Assembly: GCA_016199215.1 (NCBI GenBank)
Contig: JACQHB010000006.1
Location: forward strand, 3,642 to 67,641
Source: Candidatus Doudnabacteria bacterium
GTDB lineage: Bacteria; Patescibacteriota; Doudnabacteria; UBA920; O2-02-FULL-48-8
Reading direction: 5' to 3'
DNA length: 64,000 nucleotides
Both the position numbers and the translations under genes were made by a program. How positions within the stretch are numbered: position 1 is the stretch's first letter; each line of letters begins with the position of its first letter. Of the stretch, positions 7,690 to 15,258 are shown one piece after another. The notes under the pieces were generated by a model. It was not told the origin of the DNA. It worked only from the letters and a program-made list of their open reading frames with translations, and did not search any database.

Positions 7690-7962
7690 CTAAGAAATAG
7701 ATACTTCCAGTTCGGCATCAAGCGCACGAGCAATTCTTTGTAAAAATTTAAGCGAGGGATTATAAGCCCCGCTCTCTAATCTTGAAATCAGGGGTTGTTT
7801 GGTTCCAATTTTCTTAGCCAACTCTTTCTGGGTCAATCCCTTTTTAAGGCGTCTTTCAATAACCATTTCTATAACGGCAAATTCAGGCTCGAGTTCTTTG
7901 TACGCCTTTTTAACAGCCTTGTTCTTAAGCAGTCGTGTTTTAAAACCTTTGTAATCCTTCAT
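7690..7962 (-). CDS. XRE-family HTH protein, HigA-like antitoxin
   Basis: 90 aa. GLTQKELAKKIGTKQPLISRLESG is an HTH_3 motif. It lies directly downstream of the decayed toxin gene. Confidence 0.8.
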   Translation of the reverse strand: MKDYKGFKTRLLKNKAVKKAYKELEPEFAVIEMVIERRLKKGLTQKELAKKIGTKQPLISRLESGAYNPSLKFLQRIARALDAELEVSIS

Positions 7963-7983
7963 GCCAAGATTATAACTTATAAG

Positions 7984-8224
7984 TTATATCCCTGTCAAGG
8001 ACCTAAATTTATCCAATGCTTTTTCCAGGTCTTTTTTGGGCATTTTTTGGGATTGTTTTATAAACCCAGAAAGCAAACAAGCGCTATTTTCGTGGAAACA
8101 GTAGAATATTCTGACTTCTTGCTGTCCTCTGATCCTCAGCAATTGTCCGCAATATTTTTGCTATCGTTTGCTTTTCAGGGGTAGAAATAAATTTTTAAAC
8201 TTCGGTGTCTATTTTTATTTTCAT
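7984..8224 (-). pseudogene. decayed RelE/HigB (Gp49-like) toxin gene
   Basis: My minus-strand translation is MKIKIDTEV*KFISTPEKQTIAKILRTI, with an in-frame TAA at 8195-8197. A second frame then gives LLRIRGQQEVRIFYCFHENSACLLSGFIKQSQKMPKKDLEKALDKFRSL*. The C-terminal half is a recognisable Gp49/HigB pattern; the middle is missing. Confidence 0.55.
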
Positions 8225-8231
8225 AAAAATC

Positions 8232-8597
8232 CTATCCTTTAAAGTCAACCTGGTACTCGGGGATGCCGAGGGTTAGGCCGTATTCCCTAGCCTCTTGGTA
8301 AAGGTAAGGATTCGCGCGATCAACCTGGAAAATCTTGCCGTGAAAAATGATGTAGTGCCACTTATCGTTTTTGTAATCCGCGTACCAGTAATTTTTCTGC
8401 AAATCTTCAGAAAGCATACGGTTGATTTCCTCAACCTTGTCCTCATCAATTTCAACTTTGTGCAAAGTCCATTGCTTAAGCCAAGGCGTCTGGTGCCGAT
8501 CAGTAATAGGCTCGACCTTAGTAGAAAGGATTTTGAGCAGGCCAAGCACTTCCTTATTCTCAAGGCTCTCCTCGATTATGGTTCCTAAATATGGCAT
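8232..8597 (-). CDS. hypothetical protein (121 aa)
   Basis: Intact ORF with no recognisable motif. Confidence 0.5.
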   Translation of the reverse strand: MPYLGTIIEESLENKEVLGLLKILSTKVEPITDRHQTPWLKQWTLHKVEIDEDKVEEINRMLSEDLQKNYWYADYKNDKWHYIIFHGKIFQVDRANPYLYQEAREYGLTLGIPEYQVDFKG

Positions 8598-8667
8598 AAA
8601 AAAGACGGCTTTCTGGAACGTCGAACGTCCCGAGCCGCCTATTTTAAAATTTTAATTTAATCCGATT

Positions 8668-9450
8668 CTACCTGTCCCAAATGACGAATGTATAGACTTT
8701 TTTTCCTCGGCCCAAATCTTTTTCGTGCAGAGAATTTTTGCCGTCTTTATCCTTCTTAAGAACCCTGCCCCAGCTATCCGGGTCGTCCGTGACTTCATCC
8801 TTGGCCCTCGACGAAGAAATAGACGAGCTGACAGTGTTGATGCTGTCCAAATGCGAATAAATTAACGAGAGCTGATCGTAGTCGTGCTGGTTTGGCTGCT
8901 GATTGGTGGAAGGATCATTGGTATAATCCATGCAAGTGCCAAGATTAGGATTGGTAAAGTCTTCATCCTGATGATTCAAACCAAAAGTATGCCCGATCTC
9001 CTGGCACATTACAAACTGTTTCCAAGCCAGCGTATTGTACTTTGGGGTATTAAAGTAAGTATCATTAAGCTTGACAGTGCCTTGAACAATATGGCTTCCT
9101 GAAACCCAAACTGACGCAACCCCCAGCCAGCCATTTTTGCCATATTTGCTGTTGCAAACTTCAACTCTGCCTGTTCTGGCACGGCAATTCCTTGGAGTAG
9201 TAGTGCCTGTGACGACTGACGTGTCTAAAACCTCGGAAACACTCCAATCAGTTGAGGCTGCGGCCAGGCGCGCGTCCCAATTCAAGGAAACGTTATCCCC
9301 AAGTTTTAAAGTAAACGGACTTACAGTACGTCCCCAGTGATAATTTCCCCAAGAATGGGAGGCGGATACAGAAAAAGCGCCTGCGAAAAATAAAGAAATG
9401 ACCGCAATGAGCGCTACAAAACGTGTAAATATATACATAAGTATATACAA
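8668..9450 (-). CDS. secreted zinc metalloprotease (HExxHxxGxxH metzincin-like)
   Basis: N-terminal signal-like segment FVALIAVISLFFAGAFSVSA. Zinc site is QEIGHTFGLNHQDE. Confidence 0.7.
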   Translation of the reverse strand: MYILMYIFTRFVALIAVISLFFAGAFSVSASHSWGNYHWGRTVSPFTLKLGDNVSLNWDARLAAASTDWSVSEVLDTSVVTGTTTPRNCRARTGRVEVCNSKYGKNGWLGVASVWVSGSHIVQGTVKLNDTYFNTPKYNTLAWKQFVMCQEIGHTFGLNHQDEDFTNPNLGTCMDYTNDPSTNQQPNQHDYDQLSLIYSHLDSINTVSSSISSSRAKDEVTDDPDSWGRVLKKDKDGKNSLHEKDLGRGKKVYTFVIWDR

Positions 9451-9596
9451 TTGTATTTTCTTTAAATTGAAATGTCAAATCTGCGGCGAAATTTTTAATC
9501 AATTATCTACTTATATCTACTTACGGGATCAAATTTTTGCGAATAAAAAAAGGCTGCCGGCAAACGTTCCGGCAACCTTCTGTGTCGTGCCCGCTG

Positions 9597-10145
9597 TTAC
9601 CTGACGAGTTGGATCTGCACAAAGACTAGATCAACAACCTCTTCAGGCGTCAGCTGGGTTGTGTCAACGCGGATTACCCGCTGGGTGTCGGATAGGGCAT
9701 TTTCGTATCCCTGTCGGACGAGATGGAATCTTCCTAGCATCCTGACGTCGCCTGGCGACATCTCCCGTTTCGCCATGCGTTCCCGTTGGACTTCTGGCGA
9801 TACCGTGAGATAGACAGTGGCGTCAGGCATGACGATGTTCCCGAAATCCCGAATGTCAGCCGCAACCCCCATGACGCGGTGGTATACGACGGTGGTCATC
9901 CAGTACCGATCGAGGACAACGTTTTGGAACTTCGAAACCTCGCGTATTTCGGCGGAAGCCTGCTGAACGACTCCGACGAAGTACCTGTAGTGGTCTTGGT
10001 CAGTGGCGCTGGCATTGATGCGGTTCTGTTCCTCCCGCATGTGTTCTGGCGGCGTTTTGTAAAGAATCGCGCCGAGCCTTCGAGCAAGCCGTGGACAAAC
10101 CTCACCCTTGCCGGCAAAGTCGATGCCCTCAACAGCGAGAATCAT
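9597..10145 (-). CDS. thymidylate/deoxynucleotide kinase-like P-loop protein
   Basis: 182 aa. ILAVEGIDFAGKG resembles the Tmk P-loop (EGxDGxGKT) but lacks the Thr/Ser after GKG. GC-rich. Followed by the terminator TGCCGG..CCGGCA plus a T-run at ~9545-9575. Confidence 0.6.
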   Translation of the reverse strand: MILAVEGIDFAGKGEVCPRLARRLGAILYKTPPEHMREEQNRINASATDQDHYRYFVGVVQQASAEIREVSKFQNVVLDRYWMTTVVYHRVMGVAADIRDFGNIVMPDATVYLTVSPEVQRERMAKREMSPGDVRMLGRFHLVRQGYENALSDTQRVIRVDTTQLTPEEVVDLVFVQIQLVR

Positions 10146-10630
10146 ACCACCTCCACTGGCATCCTGATCCGCTCAAGGGTGACTTGCTTCCGTTTCCCGC
10201 CAACATCGATCTTGACGCTGTGCCCCTCCTCCTTGCCGATAAACGGCTGGATAAGAGGGGCCAAATAGCTGATCACGGGGGGGCTTGCAGTTGGCTCAGA
10301 ATCTTCGAACCCGCCAACCAGATACTCTCTCAGCTCGCCCTCGATACTCACCAGGGCCATATGCCCGATCCGCAGCTTGTCAGTGCTTTCAGGCGGCTGA
10401 TCGATCACCACCATCTGCCCGATTTTCCGATTGACCTCGGCAATCTGGGCATTGATCATATCCTCGTCGCGCATGAGCTGCTCGAACGTGAAGTTGTCGT
10501 GCCAGACGTTGCCGCCGACTTCCGCGGCTTCGCCCTTCTGGCCCTGAGTCGCCTTCAGCTTATCCATAAGGTCGAGCTTCCGTCGATAGATCCTATCCGC
10601 GCCCTTGCGGGTAAAATACAGCTTTGACAC
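10142..10630 (-). CDS. GreA/GreB-family (Rnk-like) protein
   Basis: Start placed at GTG 10628-10630, 6 nt after AGGAGG. The sequence FTRKGADRIYRRKLDLMDKLK...GNVWHDNFTFEQL...KLRIGHMALV resembles a Gre-factor C-terminal-domain protein. It overlaps the downstream kinase-like gene by 4 nt. Confidence 0.55.
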   Translation of the reverse strand: MSKLYFTRKGADRIYRRKLDLMDKLKATQGQKGEAAEVGGNVWHDNFTFEQLMRDEDMINAQIAEVNRKIGQMVVIDQPPESTDKLRIGHMALVSIEGELREYLVGGFEDSEPTASPPVISYLAPLIQPFIGKEEGHSVKIDVGGKRKQVTLERIRMPVEVV

Positions 10631-10716
10631 TTGGTTCCTCCTATCGCAACCCTTTGAAAAAAAGCGGTCAATCGTTTCTGACTGGCCGCTCATCCTAACA
10701 CAAGCAAAGATTCTAG

Positions 10717-12048
10717 TCAATGCTGCACTTGCAGTTGGGATTGTAATTTCCTTAATGTTTCAATGTTAAAAAATTCAACTGCTCTCGGCGATTTAATTAT
10801 AGCGTCCAATGATTCAAAAGCCTGCTGTTTTGTCTGTTTTCTTAAAGCCAAAATCTGTTTACCGTCTTCTTCTGGACTATCGATAACTTGCCTTAAATAT
10901 CTGTTGTAATAATCTCGAGGAGCCACTGCGACATCTTCAATGCCAGACGGCAGTAGAATGGCGGCAGATTTTTTGCCAGCCTGAATAGACATCTGAAATA
11001 AATCGGTAAAATTTCCATATAAATAATGCTCCAAGCCCTCTCGTTCTTTCCACCCATTTATCAATCCTTGAAAACTTTTTGCGCTCCCGTCTTCTTGATT
11101 TAAACTAGCGAAAAAATCTTCCAAAGATTCATCAAAAAGCCGGTCGAAATCATCTGAATCGCCGCGGTAAACATCTCCATCATTGGAAGTATGTTTTTCG
11201 AAACGGCTTAAGTCAAGCTTATTACTGAGAGCATCCGAAACTGTAAATGTTACGGCTTTTAGTCCCGCGCTTTGGTCAATCCAATCCGCTCTTATCAAAT
11301 TAATTCCGTATTCATTGCTTTTAACATTCAAAAAATAGTCTCTCAGCATTAAATAATGCCTTTGAAGTTCTCGATGCAATCCGGCAGGGGCTGTTAGAGA
11401 AAAGTCTTGTCCATTTTCCTCGACTTTAAACTTATCCTTCTCATAAACCTTTGGTTCCGCGTTCAAAAACGCTTCTAAAAACCAGTTAGCAAACAGTTGC
11501 CAAGATCTTTTCTTATAATTAACTTTTTTATTGTTCCCGATTCCTTCACGCGGAGCCAAGACATCCCTGTATCCAACAACTCCTCCTGGCAAAAGAACTC
11601 TATTTAATTCCTGCAAAGTTTGCTCAATTGCCGGGCGGCCATATAAAATTGATGCTTCTTTTTTGTTTCCTGCTTTTGTGCCGTAAGAGCTGATTTCATG
11701 GAATATAGCCGATGCATTTACAGCGCTTAAAGAATTGTCCTCGAAAGGAAGATTTCCCGCATCAGCGGCCAATGATTCGACATTCGTTTCCTTTTTTAAA
11801 GACGCAGCTAAGCTGGGGATAATATCTACAGCGATTAGCTCTAAATTATCGATGCCGGCTGTATCTTGTTTTAATCTCCTTAAAGATTCTCCCCCGCCCG
11901 TGCCAAGCTCAACAATTATCATCTTGCCTTTGATATTTGTGGGCAGTTTGCCGCTTGCTATGGCATTACCTAAAATCTCTGTCTTTTCCTCCGAATTATT
12001 TCTTATTTGGGCCAGATAATCCCCTGATTCCTTTCCGTGATTTAACAT
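10717..12048 (-). CDS. class I SAM-dependent methyltransferase with a long uncharacterised C-terminal region
   Basis: 443 aa. Motif I is IIVELGTGGGESL. About 250 further residues have no motif I recognise. Confidence 0.7.
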   Translation of the reverse strand: MLNHGKESGDYLAQIRNNSEEKTEILGNAIASGKLPTNIKGKMIIVELGTGGGESLRRLKQDTAGIDNLELIAVDIIPSLAASLKKETNVESLAADAGNLPFEDNSLSAVNASAIFHEISSYGTKAGNKKEASILYGRPAIEQTLQELNRVLLPGGVVGYRDVLAPREGIGNNKKVNYKKRSWQLFANWFLEAFLNAEPKVYEKDKFKVEENGQDFSLTAPAGLHRELQRHYLMLRDYFLNVKSNEYGINLIRADWIDQSAGLKAVTFTVSDALSNKLDLSRFEKHTSNDGDVYRGDSDDFDRLFDESLEDFFASLNQEDGSAKSFQGLINGWKEREGLEHYLYGNFTDLFQMSIQAGKKSAAILLPSGIEDVAVAPRDYYNRYLRQVIDSPEEDGKQILALRKQTKQQAFESLDAIIKSPRAVEFFNIETLRKLQSQLQVQH

Positions 12049-12057
12049 ATATTTTAA

Positions 12058-12621
12058 TTACTCAAATTTATCAAACGTAAACCATTTCATGTTGCCAACA
12101 GGAATATTATACTTGTTTTCGATAATGATTCTAGCGTTTTCAAAAACAACTTCATTCCAATCAAGATCGAGTTGACTGGCAGCAGCTTTCAAATCTTCTT
12201 CGCTCTCCCCTTCCAATTCTACATATGTTGGTATCCTTGGCCATCTATCTATCTCAATAAGGACTCTTCCCAGCTTAAAAGTGTGCCTTAATTTTTGCTG
12301 ATGGCGATAAGCCATAAATCCAAGCCGTTCCAAAAAGTGTTCAGCCTTAACCATGTCTGAAACCTCAAACTCTATCTCCTCTGTCCCATCGGCTGTTTCA
12401 GATGCGTGATTCTTGTATGTTAAAAAGGCTTGATTTTTTTGCTTTCTTAAACGCACAAATTTTTTATCGTCCTGCCACCGAAGTCCTTTGTCATAAAAAA
12501 TTATCTCCTCCAGCAAATCCTCTCCCAAATCCTGCGCTCCCAAATCAGCCAACTTTTTAAGAAAAGGGCCTTTGTCGATTTCCAAAAAACGGACTTCTAC
12601 TTCCTTGTGGTGTTTGTTCAT
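12058..12621 (-). CDS. CYTH-domain (triphosphate tunnel metalloenzyme / class IV adenylate cyclase-like) protein
   Basis: The N-terminal EVEVRFLEI matches the ExExK-type CYTH signature. Start chosen at ATG 12619-12621; the track ORF extends to a GTG at 12660. The stop lies 9 nt before the methyltransferase start. Confidence 0.7.
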   Translation of the reverse strand: MNKHHKEVEVRFLEIDKGPFLKKLADLGAQDLGEDLLEEIIFYDKGLRWQDDKKFVRLRKQKNQAFLTYKNHASETADGTEEIEFEVSDMVKAEHFLERLGFMAYRHQQKLRHTFKLGRVLIEIDRWPRIPTYVELEGESEEDLKAAASQLDLDWNEVVFENARIIIENKYNIPVGNMKWFTFDKFE

Positions 12622-12699
12622 ATTCTTCTTAATCAAATCTAGGCAATAACATTTTGCCACTTTTATTCATTAAAAGCAAAAGAGTCCGAAAAGAAACTT

Positions 12700-12728
12700 T
12701 TGACTAGACTAGACTTAGAGATTACAAT
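12700..12728 (+). promoter_or_regulatory. sigma-70-type promoter TTGACT-17 nt-TACAAT
   Basis: TTGACT at 12700-12705, a 17-nt spacer, then TACAAT at 12723-12728. The predicted start at ~12735 coincides with the start of the structured region. Confidence 0.55.
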
Positions 12729-12731
12729 TTT

Positions 12732-12900
12732 GCCAGGCGAGTGTTGCCTGCCGTCAGAGTTTTGGGTCAAGCGGAGGACGAAAAACCCCGCACGAGGACC
12801 CGGTCAAAACCTCAATATGGGGATGAGGAGTGTCGTGGAACCGGGGCACCTGTTTAGGTGGAAACTCATCCAACTCCCTGACGGCTTTTTCTTTTTATTT
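12732..12900 (+). ncRNA. candidate structured small RNA or riboswitch-like leader, family unknown
   Basis: Helices read by eye: CAGGC(12734-38)/GCCTG(12746-50); CCGTCAG(12751-57)/CTGACGG(12878-84), which encloses GTTTTGGGTC(12759-68)/GACCC-GGT-CAAAAC(12797-810), GCGG(12771-74)/CCGC(12788-91), GGATGAG(12821-27)/CTCATCC(12865-71) and CACC(12847-50)/GGTG(12857-60). A U-tract (CTTTTTCTTTTTATTTTTTT) follows directly. The overlapping 79-aa track ORF starts at a TTG inside the -35 box. Confidence 0.5.
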
Positions 12901-13001
12901 TTTTGTTTCCCAAAGCCCCATGGACTGCATTTGTGCTAAAATCGTATTCATCCCTTGATTATAGAAAGGTAGAATATTTCTATAATCAACAAGGAGGGAA
13001 C

Positions 13002-13298
13002 ATGCCACTGATTCCCAGCTGGCCGTTTTGGACGCTTTCACTGACCGCAGGAGCGGTGTTCGGTTTCTGTTCAGCGATGATACATCATCCCATGTCCAAT
13101 CTACGGAATAACCTCCTGCTTGGACGTCGACAGCTCAGCTCTGTGATCGTGGCAGTCCTGCTGACAGCCGGAAGTTTGGAAGGCTACCTAATCTTCGCGG
13201 CAAGTTCTAGGCTGACCCAACCCATGATCCTTGCGGCAATCGCCGCCACGGTTATCGCGTCCTGGCTCACAGGAGTTCTTATGAACCGTAAGGCATGA
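13002..13298 (+). CDS. small membrane protein (98 aa), GC-rich
   Basis: ATG at 13002 follows AAGGAGGGAAC. Two to three hydrophobic segments. Followed by the terminator AACAGCGCGGAAC..GTTCCGCGCTGTT. Confidence 0.5.
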   Translation: MPLIPSWPFWTLSLTAGAVFGFCSAMIHHPMSNLRNNLLLGRRQLSSVIVAVLLTAGSLEGYLIFAASSRLTQPMILAAIAATVIASWLTGVLMNRKA

Positions 13299-13430
13299 GG
13301 AATTTCTAATTCAAAAAGGTCAGTGCACGATTTGTAAACAGCGCGGAACCTGTTCCGCGCTGTTCTTGTTTACTTTATCAACTTTTTTTCGACATTAATC
13401 GAATGCCCCGACAAAGTTATTTCAAATTGC

Positions 13431-13505
13431 TGGCTGGGGCGGTAGGATTCGAACCTACGAATGGGGGCTCCAAAGGCCCCTGCCTTACCACTTGGCTACG
13501 CCCCA
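13431..13505 (-). tRNA. tRNA-Gln (anticodon UUG), CCA encoded
   Basis: The reverse complement folds as a cloverleaf. The acceptor stem is TGGGGCG/CGCCCCA with U1-A72. The anticodon stem is GGGGC/GCCCC with loop CTTTGGA. The T arm is GTAGG-TTCGAAT-CCTAC, followed by G-CCA. Confidence 0.9.
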
Positions 13506-13559
13506 CCCAGCAACCGAAAATCATTTGAATTTTACTACTCCCCAATCAATAACAAAAAT

Positions 13560-15119
13560 CTATTTTTCCACTTCCCCGCCTAGGATTTTAAGCGCTGATT
13601 CCACGGGACTGCTCGCGTGCTCAATGTCTTTTGCAAGAACTGGCTTAACCATAACCTTTATGCCTGTAATTTCCTCAATCGCCTGGTCAATCACTATCCT
13701 GTTCTTGCGCTGGGCTATGGCGTCCTGATGGAACTTATAAGGAAACAGCAGGATCAATTCATTGCCTTCCAACGATTTAATGTTTGCCAGCTTCATGCTT
13801 GAGATAAGCGAATGGTTGTAGTCTTTGATTTTTTCAAGAACTTGCGGCCAGGCTTGCTTGATTTTCTCAAAATTTGATTGGTTGTCTAATGTCTGAATCT
13901 TCGCGAAATCCTGACGGAAGTCAGGATCTTTTTTTTGAGATTCTAAAACAAGTTCAGCATGTTCAGAATGACGAGGATTTATTTTTTTACTTTCTCCTGT
14001 TATCTCTACCACGGCCAGCTCCAGAGGCAGGCTCTGGACAGGGCTCGTCTTGAAATCATTGGCGGCTTTCTGGAAAACCTCGATAATTTGCCTTAATCGC
14101 TGCAGCGAAATTTGGGAAGCAATCTGTTCCAGCGATTGTTTGGTATGGTCCGTAAGGTCGCTTGAAGAAAAACTTCCCAGCTTCAAAAGCAAGACCCTGC
14201 GCAAGTACTCAAGAAAATCTTTCAAAAACTGGTATAAATCCACCCCGCCATAAACCAGTTTGTTCACAAAATCCAAACCCGCCTTGCTGTCGTTGTTTGA
14301 AAGGATGCCAAGAAATTCATTCACTGTCGCAGCACTGGTCAGTCCCAGCACCTGCTCAACCAAATCAGTGCTGATTTGGTTTGAACTGAAGCTTAATATC
14401 TGGTCAAGAAGCGACAAGCCGTCCCGGAAACTCCCATCCGCGGCCTGGGCAATCATAACCAAGGCCTCGTCGTCTGCTTTCGCCGAGAGGTCCGCTAGGA
14501 CTTTCCTAAGCAATTCCACGAGATCTTTGAGAGTAACTTTTTTGAAATCAAATCTTTGCGTGCGCGAGATAATGGTAGCCGGAACCTTGTGAACTTCCGT
14601 CGTGGCAAGAATAAAAATCGCGTGCTTGGGCGGCTCTTCCAAAGTCTTAAGCAGGGCGTTGAAAGCGCCTTTGGAAAGCATGTGGACCTCGTCAATGATA
14701 ATGACTTTGTATGAAGCGCTGGTCGGGGAAAATTTGAGATGATCAATGATTTCCCGGATGTTGTCCACTCCCGTATGGGAAGCCGCGTCAATTTCGAGCA
14801 GGTCGAGGGAGGAGGAGGCTTGAAACGATTTGCAAATCTCGCACTCGTTGCAAGGTTCGCCCGTCCGCCACGGCTCGTTTTCAGCTCCTGTTCGAGGCGT
14901 GCCGGGCGGGCCATTTTTTCCAACAGGACAATTGACCGCGCGCGCAAAAATCCTGGCTATTGTTGTTTTGCCCACGCCCCGAGGGCCGGTGAACAAATAA
15001 GCGTGCCCGGGCTTTTGGGCCGAGACCGCGTTAGCCAGCGTAGTTTTCACATGCTCCTGATTGATCACTTCCGCGAATTTCTGCGGGCGATATTTGCGAT
15101 AGAGAACAAGGTTAGACAT
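13560..15119 (-). CDS. dnaX: DNA polymerase III subunit gamma/tau
   Basis: YRKYRPQKF..., Walker A GPRGVGKTT, DEVHML, SRTQRF. Confidence 0.9.
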   Translation of the reverse strand: MSNLVLYRKYRPQKFAEVINQEHVKTTLANAVSAQKPGHAYLFTGPRGVGKTTIARIFARAVNCPVGKNGPPGTPRTGAENEPWRTGEPCNECEICKSFQASSSLDLLEIDAASHTGVDNIREIIDHLKFSPTSASYKVIIIDEVHMLSKGAFNALLKTLEEPPKHAIFILATTEVHKVPATIISRTQRFDFKKVTLKDLVELLRKVLADLSAKADDEALVMIAQAADGSFRDGLSLLDQILSFSSNQISTDLVEQVLGLTSAATVNEFLGILSNNDSKAGLDFVNKLVYGGVDLYQFLKDFLEYLRRVLLLKLGSFSSSDLTDHTKQSLEQIASQISLQRLRQIIEVFQKAANDFKTSPVQSLPLELAVVEITGESKKINPRHSEHAELVLESQKKDPDFRQDFAKIQTLDNQSNFEKIKQAWPQVLEKIKDYNHSLISSMKLANIKSLEGNELILLFPYKFHQDAIAQRKNRIVIDQAIEEITGIKVMVKPVLAKDIEHASSPVESALKILGGEVEK

Positions 15120-15258
15120 GACGGAGAGTTTATAAAGTTAAAAAGTAAAAAGTTATAAAGTAAGTTATCAATTTCAAGTTATCCCATTTTAGCATAAAAA
15201 ACAAGGGTACTAAACCCTTATTGCTTTACAAACTTTAAAAACTTTATAACTTTATAAA

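Noticed and set aside
7984-8224. Whether an alternative genetic code (UGA recoding, as in some candidate phyla) could rescue the interrupted toxin and other pseudogenes.
   Set aside because: The interruption is TAA plus a frameshift. TGA also functions as a normal stop in clear genes here (for example cysS ends ACT TGA at 28211-28213). Standard code 11 is assumed.
9786-10627. Plus-strand ORFs of 160 and 178 aa overlapping the kinase-like and Gre-like genes.
   Set aside because: They are antisense shadow ORFs in GC-rich sequence with no SD and Arg/Pro-rich composition. The minus-strand genes have recognisable motifs.
12732-12900. Tried to assign the structured RNA to SRP RNA, 6S RNA or a guanidine-III (ykkC-III) riboswitch. 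ACGAGG directly followed by ACCCGGUCA at 12792-12806 resembles the conserved core as I recall it.
   Set aside because: There is no GGAA/AGCA helix-8 signature for SRP. The architecture is a multi-branch fold rather than a single 6S-like hairpin. The guanidine-III pseudoknot partner helix is absent, and the downstream protein is not SMR-like. The family is left unknown.
12700-12939. 79-aa plus-strand ORF in the supplied track.
   Set aside because: It begins at a TTG within the -35 hexamer and runs through the helices and the U-tract of the structured RNA candidate. It has no SD and an implausible composition, so I treat it as non-coding.
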